Shown: in pieces, positions 1 to 8,844 of the stretch
Layout of the letters: the number at the start of each line of letters is the position of its first letter
How positions within the stretch are numbered: position 1 is the stretch's first letter
Virus record (IMG/VR): IMGVR_UViG_3300031787_011371
Coordinates: 1 to 64,000 of that record
Direction: 5' to 3' (one strand)
DNA: 64,000 bases
Origin: a virus
Position numbers and translations under genes: made by a program
Notes under the pieces: generated by a model
Seen by the model: only the letters and a program-made list of their open reading frames with translations
What the model was told of the DNA's origin: nothing
Databases searched by the model: none

Positions 1-669
1 ACATCAGGCGCTAATGGTTCATCAGGAACTTCTGGAACTGCAGGAAGTTCTGGAACAAGCGGAACTGCAGGAAGCTCTGGCTCTGCAGGAAGTGCAGGCT
101 CTTCAGGTACATCAGGCGCTAATGGTTCATCAGGAACTTCTGGAACTGCAGGAAGTTCTGGAACAAGCGGAACTGCAGGAAGCTCTGGCTCTGCAGGAAG
201 TGCAGGCTCTTCAGGTACATCAGGTGCCAACGGTTCATCAGGAACTTCTGGAACTGCTGGTTCTTCTGGAACAAGCGGAACTGCAGGAAGTTCTGGTACA
301 AGTGGTACTGCTGGCTCTTCAGGTACATCAGGTGCCAACGGTTCATCTGGAACTTCTGGGACAGCTGGTTCTTCAGGAACAAGCGGAACTGCAGGAAGTT
401 CTGGTACAAGTGGTACTGCTGGCTCTTCAGGTACATCAGGTGCTAATGGTTCATCAGGAACAAGCGGAACTGCTGGTTCTTCAGGAACAAGTGGTACTGC
501 TGGTTCTTCAGGTACATCAGGAACTAGAGGTTCATCAGGAACTTCTGGAACAGCAGGTTCTTCAGGAACAAGTGGAACTGCAGGAAGTTCTGGTACAAGT
601 GGTACTGATGGTTCTTCAGGAACTTCAGGAACTTCAGGAACTGCAGGAAGCGCAGGCTCTTCTGGTACT
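1..669 (+). repeat. Gly-X-Y coding repeat, including a 108-bp tandem duplication (1-108/109-216)
   Basis: 9-nt periodicity; acatcaggcgctaatgg recurs at 1 and 109. Confidence 0.9.
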
Positions 670-1260
670 GGATTTAATACTATAACAAATCCATTAAATG
701 ATAGAGTATTAACTTCTTTAGGAACAACAAATACTGCAAATGCAGAAGCGAATCTTACATTTGATGGTACTCTATTACAAATTAGTGGTACAACTAGTGG
801 TGCAACTCTATTTAATATTATTGGTACACAAGGTCAATTGTTTAGTGTAAACGATAATCTTATAGGAGACATTTTTTCGGTTAATGATATTTCTGGTATT
901 CCAATATTAACTGTTAACTCTAATGATAGGGTAACTATTGATGGAACTTTAGTTTTAAATTCAACTTTATCAACTGGATTGGGTGCAGCAACTCATACTG
1001 TTGCAACAGTTGATATGTCATTAGGTCAAGCTGCTTATTTTGATTATTATGTTATGAGTGGAACAACATTAAGGTCTGGTGTTGTATTGGGAGTTTGGAA
1101 TGGAACATCTGCAAAATATACAGAAGTTTCAACAAAAGATTTAGGAGGAAACACAAATGCAGTTGATTTATCTGTTGATGTATCAGGTTCTGATGCTAGA
1201 CTTAGAGCAACAATTTCCAGTGGTACTTGGACAATAAAAACAGGTGTAAGAATAATTTAA
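1..1260 (+). CDS. 5'-truncated Gly-X-Y (GSS/GTS/GTA) repeat fibre protein with C-terminal beta-rich domain
   Basis: Frame 1 is open from base 1 (TSGANGSSGTSGTAG...) through to the stop at 1260. The listed 838..1260 ORF is only its C-terminus. It shares the GFNTITNP...NAEANLTFDG segment with 3461..8431. Confidence 0.85.
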   Translation, partial: TSGANGSSGTSGTAGSSGTSGTAGSSGSAGSAGSSGTSGANGSSGTSGTAGSSGTSGTAGSSGSAGSAGSSGTSGANGSSGTSGTAGSSGTSGTAGSSGTSGTAGSSGTSGANGSSGTSGTAGSSGTSGTAGSSGTSGTAGSSGTSGANGSSGTSGTAGSSGTSGTAGSSGTSGTRGSSGTSGTAGSSGTSGTAGSSGTSGTDGSSGTSGTSGTAGSAGSSGTGFNTITNPLNDRVLTSLGTTNTANAEANLTFDGTLLQISGTTSGATLFNIIGTQGQLFSVNDNLIGDIFSVNDISGIPILTVNSNDRVTIDGTLVLNSTLSTGLGAATHTVATVDMSLGQAAYFDYYVMSGTTLRSGVVLGVWNGTSAKYTEVSTKDLGGNTNAVDLSVDVSGSDARLRATISSGTWTIKTGVRII

Positions 1261-1264
1261 TATT

Positions 1265-1999
1265 ATGAGTAGCATTGGAGGGCCGAATATAATTAGAGAC
1301 GGATTAAAGGTTTTTTATGATTTTTCAAATACAAAATCATATCCAGAATCTGGCATGTCAATTATTGACTTAAGTCACAATCAAAATGGAACAATAAACA
1401 CAGCTACATATGGAGTTTATGGCGGAATTAAATCACTTTATTTTGACGGCACTTATGGGACTAGTGGTTATGTTGAATCAAATTCCTCAGTTGTATCAAA
1501 TTCATCTTTTTCTGTTTTAGCTTGGTGCAGAACGACTGATTCAAATAGAAGTGGTGGAACTCAGGGTAGAATGGTTTCGTCTACTTATGCATATCAAGGC
1601 AATGGAGTTAGCAAAGACACTGGTTGGATTTTGGGCACCACTTGGACTGGCACAAACTTTAATTTTTCTATATATGATGGAAATGGAGCATCTGCAACAG
1701 CAATTTTTTCAAATAATTGGTATACTCCAAATTTAAATAATTGGATTTTTGTTGTTGGTGTTTTTAGTGCTGGAACTTATGTTAGAAGTTTTCAAAATGG
1801 AATCAGAATAACAAATACAAACACAACAATATCTTTTTTAAGTGCACAAACTTCATCCCTCAAATGGGCAAGAAGAAGTGCTCAATCACAATCTAATTGG
1901 CTAGGTCAAATAGCAACTTGTATGTACTATGATATAGCTCTTTCAGATGAAGAGGTGTTACAAATTTATAATGCTACAAAATCACGTTTTGGTTTATAA
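1265..1999 (+). CDS. LamG/concanavalin A-like lectin domain protein
   Basis: GPNIIRDGL..YDFSNTKSYP start, FDG, W.FVVG and YDIALSDEEVLQIYNATKSRFGL end, typical of phage Laminin_G_3 proteins. Confidence 0.8.
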   Translation: MSSIGGPNIIRDGLKVFYDFSNTKSYPESGMSIIDLSHNQNGTINTATYGVYGGIKSLYFDGTYGTSGYVESNSSVVSNSSFSVLAWCRTTDSNRSGGTQGRMVSSTYAYQGNGVSKDTGWILGTTWTGTNFNFSIYDGNGASATAIFSNNWYTPNLNNWIFVVGVFSAGTYVRSFQNGIRITNTNTTISFLSAQTSSLKWARRSAQSQSNWLGQIATCMYYDIALSDEEVLQIYNATKSRFGL

Positions 2000-2013
2000 A
2001 TATATTTATAACT

Positions 2014-2664
2014 ATGAGTTTCTTTAGAGGTCCAAAAATAACAACAAGCGGTCTAATTTTATATTTAGATGCAGGAAATATTAAAAGCTATCCCACAAGT
2101 GGCACTTCTTGGTCTGATTTAACTAATAATTCATTTAATGCTACATTAGTTAATAGCCCAACATTTAGTAATGGCAATATTACATTTGACGGTCTGAATC
2201 AATATGTTAATCTAGGAAATATAGCACAAATAGCTCCTGGAACTGGGGATTTCACTATTTGTTTTTGGATTAACCCGACTAATTGGTCTAGCACCTATTC
2301 TCCACTATTTACTACAACTACAACAAATGGTCTTTGGATAGGGAAAAATCAGGGTAATTTTGTTTTGAGAGCTTATAATGTGGCAGATGATTTACAATAT
2401 TCAACATTTCCAACAGTAAATACCTGGACTTACGTTACAGTCACAAGAAGTGGAACAAGTGCTAATATTTATTACAATACCGCATCAGTAGTTAATAATG
2501 TGGTTACTAGAAATTATGTCACAGGAACTAGTGAAATTTGTCGTGATGGTACAACAAATGTATTTACTGGGAAATTTTCAATATTTAAATATTATAATAG
2601 AGCATTATCACAATCAGAAATAGAACAAAACTACAATGCTCTAAAAACAAGATTTGGATTATAA
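2014..2664 (+). CDS. LamG/concanavalin A-like lectin domain protein
   Basis: GPKITTSGLILYLDAGNIKSY...YNRALSQSEIEQNYNALKTRFGL. Confidence 0.85.
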   Translation: MSFFRGPKITTSGLILYLDAGNIKSYPTSGTSWSDLTNNSFNATLVNSPTFSNGNITFDGLNQYVNLGNIAQIAPGTGDFTICFWINPTNWSSTYSPLFTTTTTNGLWIGKNQGNFVLRAYNVADDLQYSTFPTVNTWTYVTVTRSGTSANIYYNTASVVNNVVTRNYVTGTSEICRDGTTNVFTGKFSIFKYYNRALSQSEIEQNYNALKTRFGL

Positions 2665-3326
2665 TGTACACAGGACCTAAAATAATTACAGATAATTTAA
2701 TTTTATGTTTAGATGCTGCAAACATAAAATCATATACAAGCGGTTCTACTTATTGGTACGATTTGAGTAAAACTATCAGCGGTTCTACATTAATAAACAA
2801 CCCTTCTTTTGATAGTAGTGTTAATGGAAGTTTATATTTTAATGGAACAGATGAATACGCTAATTGTGGCAACTTTTCTTCACAACAAATAACAAGTGGA
2901 ACTATTTTATGTTGGTTTAAAGGACAACAACAAGGCAATGACTACAATGGAATAGTTGTTAAATCTGGAGCTTGGGGAATTTTTATATTTCAATCTAAAT
3001 TATACCTATATGATTGGGGTAATGGCGTTGGCAGAGACACAGGAGTAAATGTATCAGATAACACTTGGAGAAATGTAGCTTTTACATTTTCTAGCACAGA
3101 ATTAGGACTGTCAAATAACTCTTTTGTATATATAAACGGCAATCAAGTTTTAAATACCACAGTAAAACATTCAACACATTCATCTCCATTGCTTGTTGGA
3201 TATGGAAATTGGTTGTCCCAATATTTCCAAGGCAATATATCTTATTTACAAATATACAACCGTGTACTTACAGGTGTAGAAATTAAACAAAATTATAATT
3301 CAACAAAATCCCGTTTTTCTTTATAA
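2664..3326 (+). CDS. LamG/concanavalin A-like lectin domain protein
   Basis: GPKIITDNLILCLDAANIKSY...IYNRVLTGVEIKQNYNSTKSRFSL; TAATG coupling with the upstream gene. Confidence 0.85.
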   Translation: MYTGPKIITDNLILCLDAANIKSYTSGSTYWYDLSKTISGSTLINNPSFDSSVNGSLYFNGTDEYANCGNFSSQQITSGTILCWFKGQQQGNDYNGIVVKSGAWGIFIFQSKLYLYDWGNGVGRDTGVNVSDNTWRNVAFTFSSTELGLSNNSFVYINGNQVLNTTVKHSTHSSPLLVGYGNWLSQYFQGNISYLQIYNRVLTGVEIKQNYNSTKSRFSL

Positions 3327-3343
3327 TTTTTATTTTTATAATA

Positions 3344-3351
3344 TATTTATA
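3344..3351 (+). promoter_or_regulatory. Putative late promoter TATTTATA
   Basis: The same octamer lies on the coding strand upstream of several other genes (see findings). Confidence 0.5.
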
Positions 3352-3364
3352 AAGTGCAATTGCT

Positions 3365-3456
3365 TTGGACAGTGAAGAAGTAATTAGTCTATATTAAAAG
3401 CATATTAATTTATGTTTATAGATACTTTTTTATTGTCCAATTTTAAAAAAAGTATC
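3365..3456 (+). promoter_or_regulatory. Structured 5' leader with two mutually exclusive stems
   Basis: 3365-3382 pairs with 3423-3440 (18/18 bp, 3 G-U). Alternatively, 3421-3431 pairs with 3446-3456 (11 bp), next to the ATG at 3461. Confidence 0.65.
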
Positions 3457-3460
3457 GAAA

Positions 3461-6400
3461 ATGTCTAACGAATTTATTGCTAGAAAAGGTTTGGTAGTTC
3501 AGTCTCTTACAACAGGTACGACTGAAACTGAAATCCTTGTTGTTGATAGTGATGGATTAGTTAAAGTAAGAACAAGTATAGCTTTAGGTGGTTCTTCTGG
3601 GTCTTCTGGTACAAGTGGTACGTCTGGTTCATCAGGAAGTTCTGGTACATCAGGTTCTTCAGGAACTTCTGGTACGGCTGGAAGTTCTGGTACTAGTGGT
3701 ACAGCAGGTTCTTCTGGAACTTCTGGTGCTAATGGTTCTTCAGGTTCTTCAGGAACTTCTGGTACGGCTGGAAGTTCTGGTACTAGTGGTACAGCAGGTT
3801 CTTCTGGAACTTCAGGAACTAGAGGCTCATCAGGAACTTCTGGAACTGCTGGCTCATCAGGAACTTCTGGAACTTCTGGCTCATCAGGTTCTTCAGGAAC
3901 TTCTGGTACAGCAGGTTCTTCTGGTACTAGTGGTACAGCAGGTTCTTCTGGTACATCAGGCGCTAATGGTTCTTCAGGTTCTTCAGGAACATCAGGCGCT
4001 AATGGCTCTTCAGGTTCTTCAGGAACTTCTGGTACAGCAGGTTCTTCAGGAACTTCTGGTACAGCAGGTTCTTCTGGAACTTCAGGAACTAGAGGCTCAT
4101 CAGGAACTTCTGGAACTGCTGGCTCATCAGGAACTTCTGGAACTTCTGGCTCATCAGGTTCTTCAGGAACTTCTGGTACAGCAGGTTCTTCTGGTACTAG
4201 TGGTACAGCAGGTTCTTCTGGTACATCAGGCGCTAATGGTTCTTCAGGTTCTTCAGGAACATCAGGCGCTAATGGCTCTTCAGGTTCTTCAGGAACTTCT
4301 GGTACAGCAGGTTCTTCAGGAACTTCTGGTACGGCTGGAAGTTCTGGTACTAGTGGTACAGCAGGTTCTTCTGGAACTTCTGGTGCTAATGGTTCTTCAG
4401 GTTCTTCAGGAACTTCTGGTACGGCTGGAAGTTCTGGTACTAGTGGTACAGCAGGTTCTTCTGGAACTTCAGGAACTAGAGGCTCATCAGGTTCTTCAGG
4501 AACTTCTGGTACGGCTGGAAGTTCTGGTACTAGTGGTACAGCAGGTTCTTCTGGTACATCAGGCGCTAATGGCTCTTCAGGAAGTTCTGGCTCTGCAGGA
4601 AGTGCAGGTTCTTCAGGAACTGGATTTAATACAATAACAAATCCTGCAGATAACAGAGTATTAACATCACTTGGCACAACAAACACTGCTAACGCAGAGG
4701 CTAATCTTACGTTTGATGGTTCTCTTTTAGATGTGACTGGAGGTGTTAATGTTCAAAATGGAAATAACATTACTTGGGGAGGTACATATGCAGCTGGAAG
4801 CCCAACTATTTCTTCATCAAATGCTGGAGCATCCTCTTATATTGGATTTTATCCACAAGGAGTTACATCAGGTGAGATTGTAAGAATACAAGCATCTGGA
4901 AATACGACAATAAACGGCACTTTAACAGTTCAAACTATTGCATCAGGTACTACAACCGATGTATTAGTAAAAGAATCGACAGGAAGAGTTACATATAGAA
5001 CTCTTGCTTCTATAGGAGGTACTTCAGGTTCTTCTGGCACAAGTGGTACGGCAGGCTCTTCTGGTACAAGTGGTACGGCTGGAAGTTCTGGTACTAGTGG
5101 TACAGCAGGCTCTTCAGGAACTTCAGGAACTAGAGGCTCATCAGGAACTTCTGGTACGGCTGGAAGTTCTGGTACTAGTGGTACAGCAGGCTCTTCAGGA
5201 ACTTCTGGAACTGCTGGCTCATCAGGTACATCAGGCGCTAATGGCTCTTCAGGTTCTTCAGGAACTTCTGGTACAGCAGGTTCTTCAGGAACTTCTGGTA
5301 CGGCTGGAAGTTCTGGTACTAGTGGTACAGCAGGCTCTTCAGGAACTTCAGGAACTAGAGGCTCATCAGGAACTTCTGGAACTGCTGGCTCATCAGGAAG
5401 TTCAGGCTCTTCAGGAAGTTCAGGCTCTGCAGGAAGCGCAGGTTCTTCTGGTAGAAATAATCCTCAATATTGGACTTCTGGTTCAACTTGGAACGGAACA
5501 AACTATCCAATTAAAGCAGATAATAATAGTGGTTTAGATTCTACTGGTTCATATGCTGTTGCTGAAGGATTTAAAACATCAGCATTTGGAGATTATTCTC
5601 ATGCTGAAGGTCGTGATGGAACATCACTAGGTCGTTCTTCTCATGCAGAAGGAGAAAACACAAAAGCTCTTAGTGCATATACTCATGCAGAAGGCTTTCA
5701 AACAATTGCATCAAACATTGCTGCACACGCAGAAGGAAGTGGTACAACGGCAAGTGGACAATATTCTCATTCTGAAGGCCATAAGTCAACTGCATTTGGA
5801 GATGGTTCACATGCTGAAGGTGGTGCGGTAATAAGCTTGACACCTTTTAGTGGAGGTACTGCTATTGGTGCAAGTTCACATGCGGAAGGTATTGAAACAA
5901 CATCTTTTGGTATAGTATCACATTCTGAAGGTGTATATACTACCGCATTTGGAGAAGGTTCACACGCTGAAGGACTTTACTCTTTTGCTTATGGAACATA
6001 TTCTCATACTGAAGGTGATAATACAACTGCTAGTGGAAATTCATCTCATGCAGAAGGACTTAATAGTGTTGCATTTGGAAATAATTCACATGCTGAAGGG
6101 TATAACACAACGGCAATAGGTGCGTTTGGTTCACACTCTGAAGGTGATTATACAACTGCATTTGGAGATGGTTCACATGCTGAAGGAAGCGGTACACTTG
6201 CTTTTCAAGAAAGGTCTCATGCAGAAGGTAGTTTTACCACATCTGTAGGATTAGCTTCTCACTCTGAAGGTCAATATACAACTGCTATTGGTAATTACTC
6301 TCATGCAGAAGGTAGTGGTACTACAGCAGTTGGAATTAGTTCACATGCAGAGGGTTATCAAACAACAGCTTTTGGCCTTTATTCTCACACAGAAGGTTCT

Positions 6401-8431
6401 GGAACAACTGCAAGTAACACACATTCTCATTCTGAAGGTACTAACACAAAAGCAACTGGTTTAGCAGCTCATGCTGAAGGTGATTTAACACTCGCTAGTG
6501 GTTCAACATCACATGCCGAAGGTTATCAAACAATAGCTGGTGGTGATTATTCACACTCAGAAGGTTATCAGACAATTGCTAGCGGCTTATATTCCCACGC
6601 TGAAGGTCAGTCATCAAGAGCAACTAATAATGATTCACATGCTGAAGGTTTAGGTACATTAGCAAGCGGAGCAAATTCACATACTGAAGGTCAATTAACA
6701 ACCGCCAGTTCCTCAAATTCACATGCTGAAGGTATACTAACAACAGCCGCTGGTTCACCATCACACGCTGAGGGTACTGCAACAAAAGCTATTGGTGATG
6801 CATCACACTCTGAAGGTAATACTACATTTGCAAGTGGTGCAAGTTCACACGCAGAAGGTTGGTTAACAACAGCGGCAAACACAGCATCTCACGCAGAAGG
6901 TTATCAAACAACAGCTTTTGGCCTTTACTCTCACGCAGAAGGTTCTGGAACAACTGCAAGTAACACATATTCTCATTCCGAAGGTACTAATACAAAAGCA
7001 ACTGGTTTAGCAGCTCATTCTGAAGGTGATTTCACACTCGCTAGTGGTTCATCATCACACGCTGAAGGTATTCAAACTACAGCGTCAGGAAATTATTCAC
7101 ACGCTGAAGGTGCGTCAAATACAGCTATTGGTTCACAGTCACACACTGAAGGTGCATTAACAAGTGCTATCGGTCAATCATCACACGCTGAGGGTGAACT
7201 TACAATAGCAAGTGGTCAAGGTTCTCATTCTGAAGGTGCTGGAACTATAGCTAGTGGTGGATTCTCGCATGCTGAAGGTAGAATAAGTACAGCATTTGGA
7301 TTATATTCTCACGCAGAAGGCTCTGGAACAACTGCAAGTAACACAGCGTCTCATTCTCAAGGTGCTAATACAAAAGCAACTGGTTTAGCAGCTCATGCTG
7401 AAGGAGAATCCACAATAGCTTCAGGAGATTATTCACATGCACAAGGACTTTCAACAACAGCTTCTAGCACATATGCTCACGCTGAAGGAAGATTGACAGT
7501 AGCAAGCGGTTTATTTTCACATGCTGGAGGAGATGGGTCTCTTGCTGGAACTGCAGCATACACTTTCGCTCATGGACTTTCGTGTATTGCATCTGGTCAG
7601 TCCTCTGTAGCTATGGGTGCATATGCTAGAGCAACTTCTTTAGGTGCAGTTGCCATGGGAAGAGGTCCTAGTGTATCTTCTCCTTTAGTAGCAGGAGCGC
7701 AAGGTGCTATAAATTTAAGTTATAGAGCTTCTGCAACTGCAGGTCTTGGAGAAATTTATGGATTATACTCATCATTGGTTGGTGGATTAAATAATTTGAT
7801 AGATATAAATGGAGACCAATCTGGTATATTTGTAGGTACTACTAATGCAATAAGTGCATCAACATCTGCTATAATAGCAGGAAATAGTTGTGTTATTGGT
7901 ATAGGTCATAGTAATAGTATAATATTAGGTGGAACCTCTCAAACTACAGATGGTTCTGGTCAAGTTGTATTAGGTGGAATAAGAAGGCTTGGGTGGGTAT
8001 ATTCTAATACATTAACAGCAGCAATAGCAAATACATCTAACACAAACTACACTCAAATATTCAACTTTACAGCAGTTGCAAACTCCATTTATAGGGCTAA
8101 CATTATAGGTACATATCAAACTGCAGCTTTAACTACTGGAATAAAGGTTAGACTAAGTGGTACTGCAACTTGTAACGTAGTAGGTAGAATGTATGGTGCA
8201 ATATCAGCTAACGCAGTTGCTACAGAATTAGCTTTTCCAGCAACAACAATGACTTCAGAACTTGTAACGACTGATGTGTCGGCTACAAACACACCTCACC
8301 ATATTGGTGCAGATATTATTTTTAGATGTACGGTGGGAGGTACAGTTATAGTCGCAATGGCATCTGAGGTTAACGCCTCATCTGCACAATTAAATATAGG
8401 AACTTCAATGATTGTAGAACGAATAAATTAA
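3461..8431 (+). CDS. Large tail fibre/adhesin: two Gly-X-Y Ser/Thr tracts, about 45 14-aa SHAEG (YadA-head-like) repeats, C-terminal domain
   Basis: 1656-aa ORF; the repeats are read directly from the translation. Confidence 0.85.
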   Translation: MSNEFIARKGLVVQSLTTGTTETEILVVDSDGLVKVRTSIALGGSSGSSGTSGTSGSSGSSGTSGSSGTSGTAGSSGTSGTAGSSGTSGANGSSGSSGTSGTAGSSGTSGTAGSSGTSGTRGSSGTSGTAGSSGTSGTSGSSGSSGTSGTAGSSGTSGTAGSSGTSGANGSSGSSGTSGANGSSGSSGTSGTAGSSGTSGTAGSSGTSGTRGSSGTSGTAGSSGTSGTSGSSGSSGTSGTAGSSGTSGTAGSSGTSGANGSSGSSGTSGANGSSGSSGTSGTAGSSGTSGTAGSSGTSGTAGSSGTSGANGSSGSSGTSGTAGSSGTSGTAGSSGTSGTRGSSGSSGTSGTAGSSGTSGTAGSSGTSGANGSSGSSGSAGSAGSSGTGFNTITNPADNRVLTSLGTTNTANAEANLTFDGSLLDVTGGVNVQNGNNITWGGTYAAGSPTISSSNAGASSYIGFYPQGVTSGEIVRIQASGNTTINGTLTVQTIASGTTTDVLVKESTGRVTYRTLASIGGTSGSSGTSGTAGSSGTSGTAGSSGTSGTAGSSGTSGTRGSSGTSGTAGSSGTSGTAGSSGTSGTAGSSGTSGANGSSGSSGTSGTAGSSGTSGTAGSSGTSGTAGSSGTSGTRGSSGTSGTAGSSGSSGSSGSSGSAGSAGSSGRNNPQYWTSGSTWNGTNYPIKADNNSGLDSTGSYAVAEGFKTSAFGDYSHAEGRDGTSLGRSSHAEGENTKALSAYTHAEGFQTIASNIAAHAEGSGTTASGQYSHSEGHKSTAFGDGSHAEGGAVISLTPFSGGTAIGASSHAEGIETTSFGIVSHSEGVYTTAFGEGSHAEGLYSFAYGTYSHTEGDNTTASGNSSHAEGLNSVAFGNNSHAEGYNTTAIGAFGSHSEGDYTTAFGDGSHAEGSGTLAFQERSHAEGSFTTSVGLASHSEGQYTTAIGNYSHAEGSGTTAVGISSHAEGYQTTAFGLYSHTEGSGTTASNTHSHSEGTNTKATGLAAHAEGDLTLASGSTSHAEGYQTIAGGDYSHSEGYQTIASGLYSHAEGQSSRATNNDSHAEGLGTLASGANSHTEGQLTTASSSNSHAEGILTTAAGSPSHAEGTATKAIGDASHSEGNTTFASGASSHAEGWLTTAANTASHAEGYQTTAFGLYSHAEGSGTTASNTYSHSEGTNTKATGLAAHSEGDFTLASGSSSHAEGIQTTASGNYSHAEGASNTAIGSQSHTEGALTSAIGQSSHAEGELTIASGQGSHSEGAGTIASGGFSHAEGRISTAFGLYSHAEGSGTTASNTASHSQGANTKATGLAAHAEGESTIASGDYSHAQGLSTTASSTYAHAEGRLTVASGLFSHAGGDGSLAGTAAYTFAHGLSCIASGQSSVAMGAYARATSLGAVAMGRGPSVSSPLVAGAQGAINLSYRASATAGLGEIYGLYSSLVGGLNNLIDINGDQSGIFVGTTNAISASTSAIIAGNSCVIGIGHSNSIILGGTSQTTDGSGQVVLGGIRRLGWVYSNTLTAAIANTSNTNYTQIFNFTAVANSIYRANIIGTYQTAALTTGIKVRLSGTATCNVVGRMYGAISANAVATELAFPATTMTSELVTTDVSATNTPHHIGADIIFRCTVGGTVIVAMASEVNASSAQLNIGTSMIVERIN
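3588..4623 (+). repeat. Gly-X-Y tract 1 with an exact 270-bp tandem duplication (3791-4060 / 4061-4330)
   Basis: Line-by-line comparison shows the two 270-nt blocks are identical. Confidence 0.9.
5016..5451 (+). repeat. Gly-X-Y tract 2
   Basis: Continuous GTS/GSS/GTA triplets. Confidence 0.9.
5590..7580 (+). repeat. 42-nt/14-aa SH(A/S/T)EGxxTxAxG repeat array
   Basis: Recurrent tc(t/a)ca(t/c)gc(t/a)gaagg at about 42-nt spacing. Confidence 0.9.
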
Positions 8432-8436
8432 AAAAT

Positions 8437-8841
8437 ATGATAAATAACTGGATAACATTAGCAGAACAAAAAAACGGAATTAATATTCAAAGAAAATTTG
8501 CAGGACTTCATACAGAGGTAGATGAGGAAAATAATGTATTGTTTTGTAGAATAAACTATTTTGAAAGGGAATTGTATCCGAATGGCTTAATTATGAAAAC
8601 TACAAAAAAAACATATTCTCTTGAAAATTTAAGTGAAGAGTTTTATAATGATGAAAATGGTGTTCCATATAAATTAAGTGCTACAACTAGTTTAAATTAT
8701 TATATAGAAAATGTTGGTCAACCATCTATAATAAATCCTGTAAATGAAATATTACAAAATACAACATTACTTCCAGCAATTGTAGAAGATAATTATCCTC
8801 TTAATAGAGATACAAGGACAAGAGAATATAATTACGAATAA
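8437..8841 (+). CDS. Hypothetical protein, possible fibre assembly chaperone
   Basis: 134-aa ORF 5 nt after the fibre gene; the function is a guess from position only. Confidence 0.5.
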   Translation: MINNWITLAEQKNGINIQRKFAGLHTEVDEENNVLFCRINYFERELYPNGLIMKTTKKTYSLENLSEEFYNDENGVPYKLSATTSLNYYIENVGQPSIINPVNEILQNTTLLPAIVEDNYPLNRDTRTREYNYE

Positions 8842-8844
8842 TAA

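Noticed and set aside
14-685. LQEVL-rich ORF (and the antisense ORF 119..436)
   Set aside because: Shadow frames of the Gly-X-Y repeat. The real frame is frame 1, which continues into a normal domain.
3499-5537. PEVPEE-rich antisense ORF 3499..4686 and shifted-frame ORFs 3588..4637 and 5043..5537
   Set aside because: They are open only because the repeat codons lack stops, and they end at the repeat boundaries.
6342-7404. Near-identical blocks in the fibre gene as a DGR template/variable repeat pair
   Set aside because: The differences are mostly synonymous and not adenine-specific, all copies are in-frame in one gene, and no reverse transcriptase is in the window.
1-7580. Periodic repeats as a CRISPR array
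   Set aside because: They are coding repeats with codon-level variation. There is no constant repeat with unique spacers and no cas genes.
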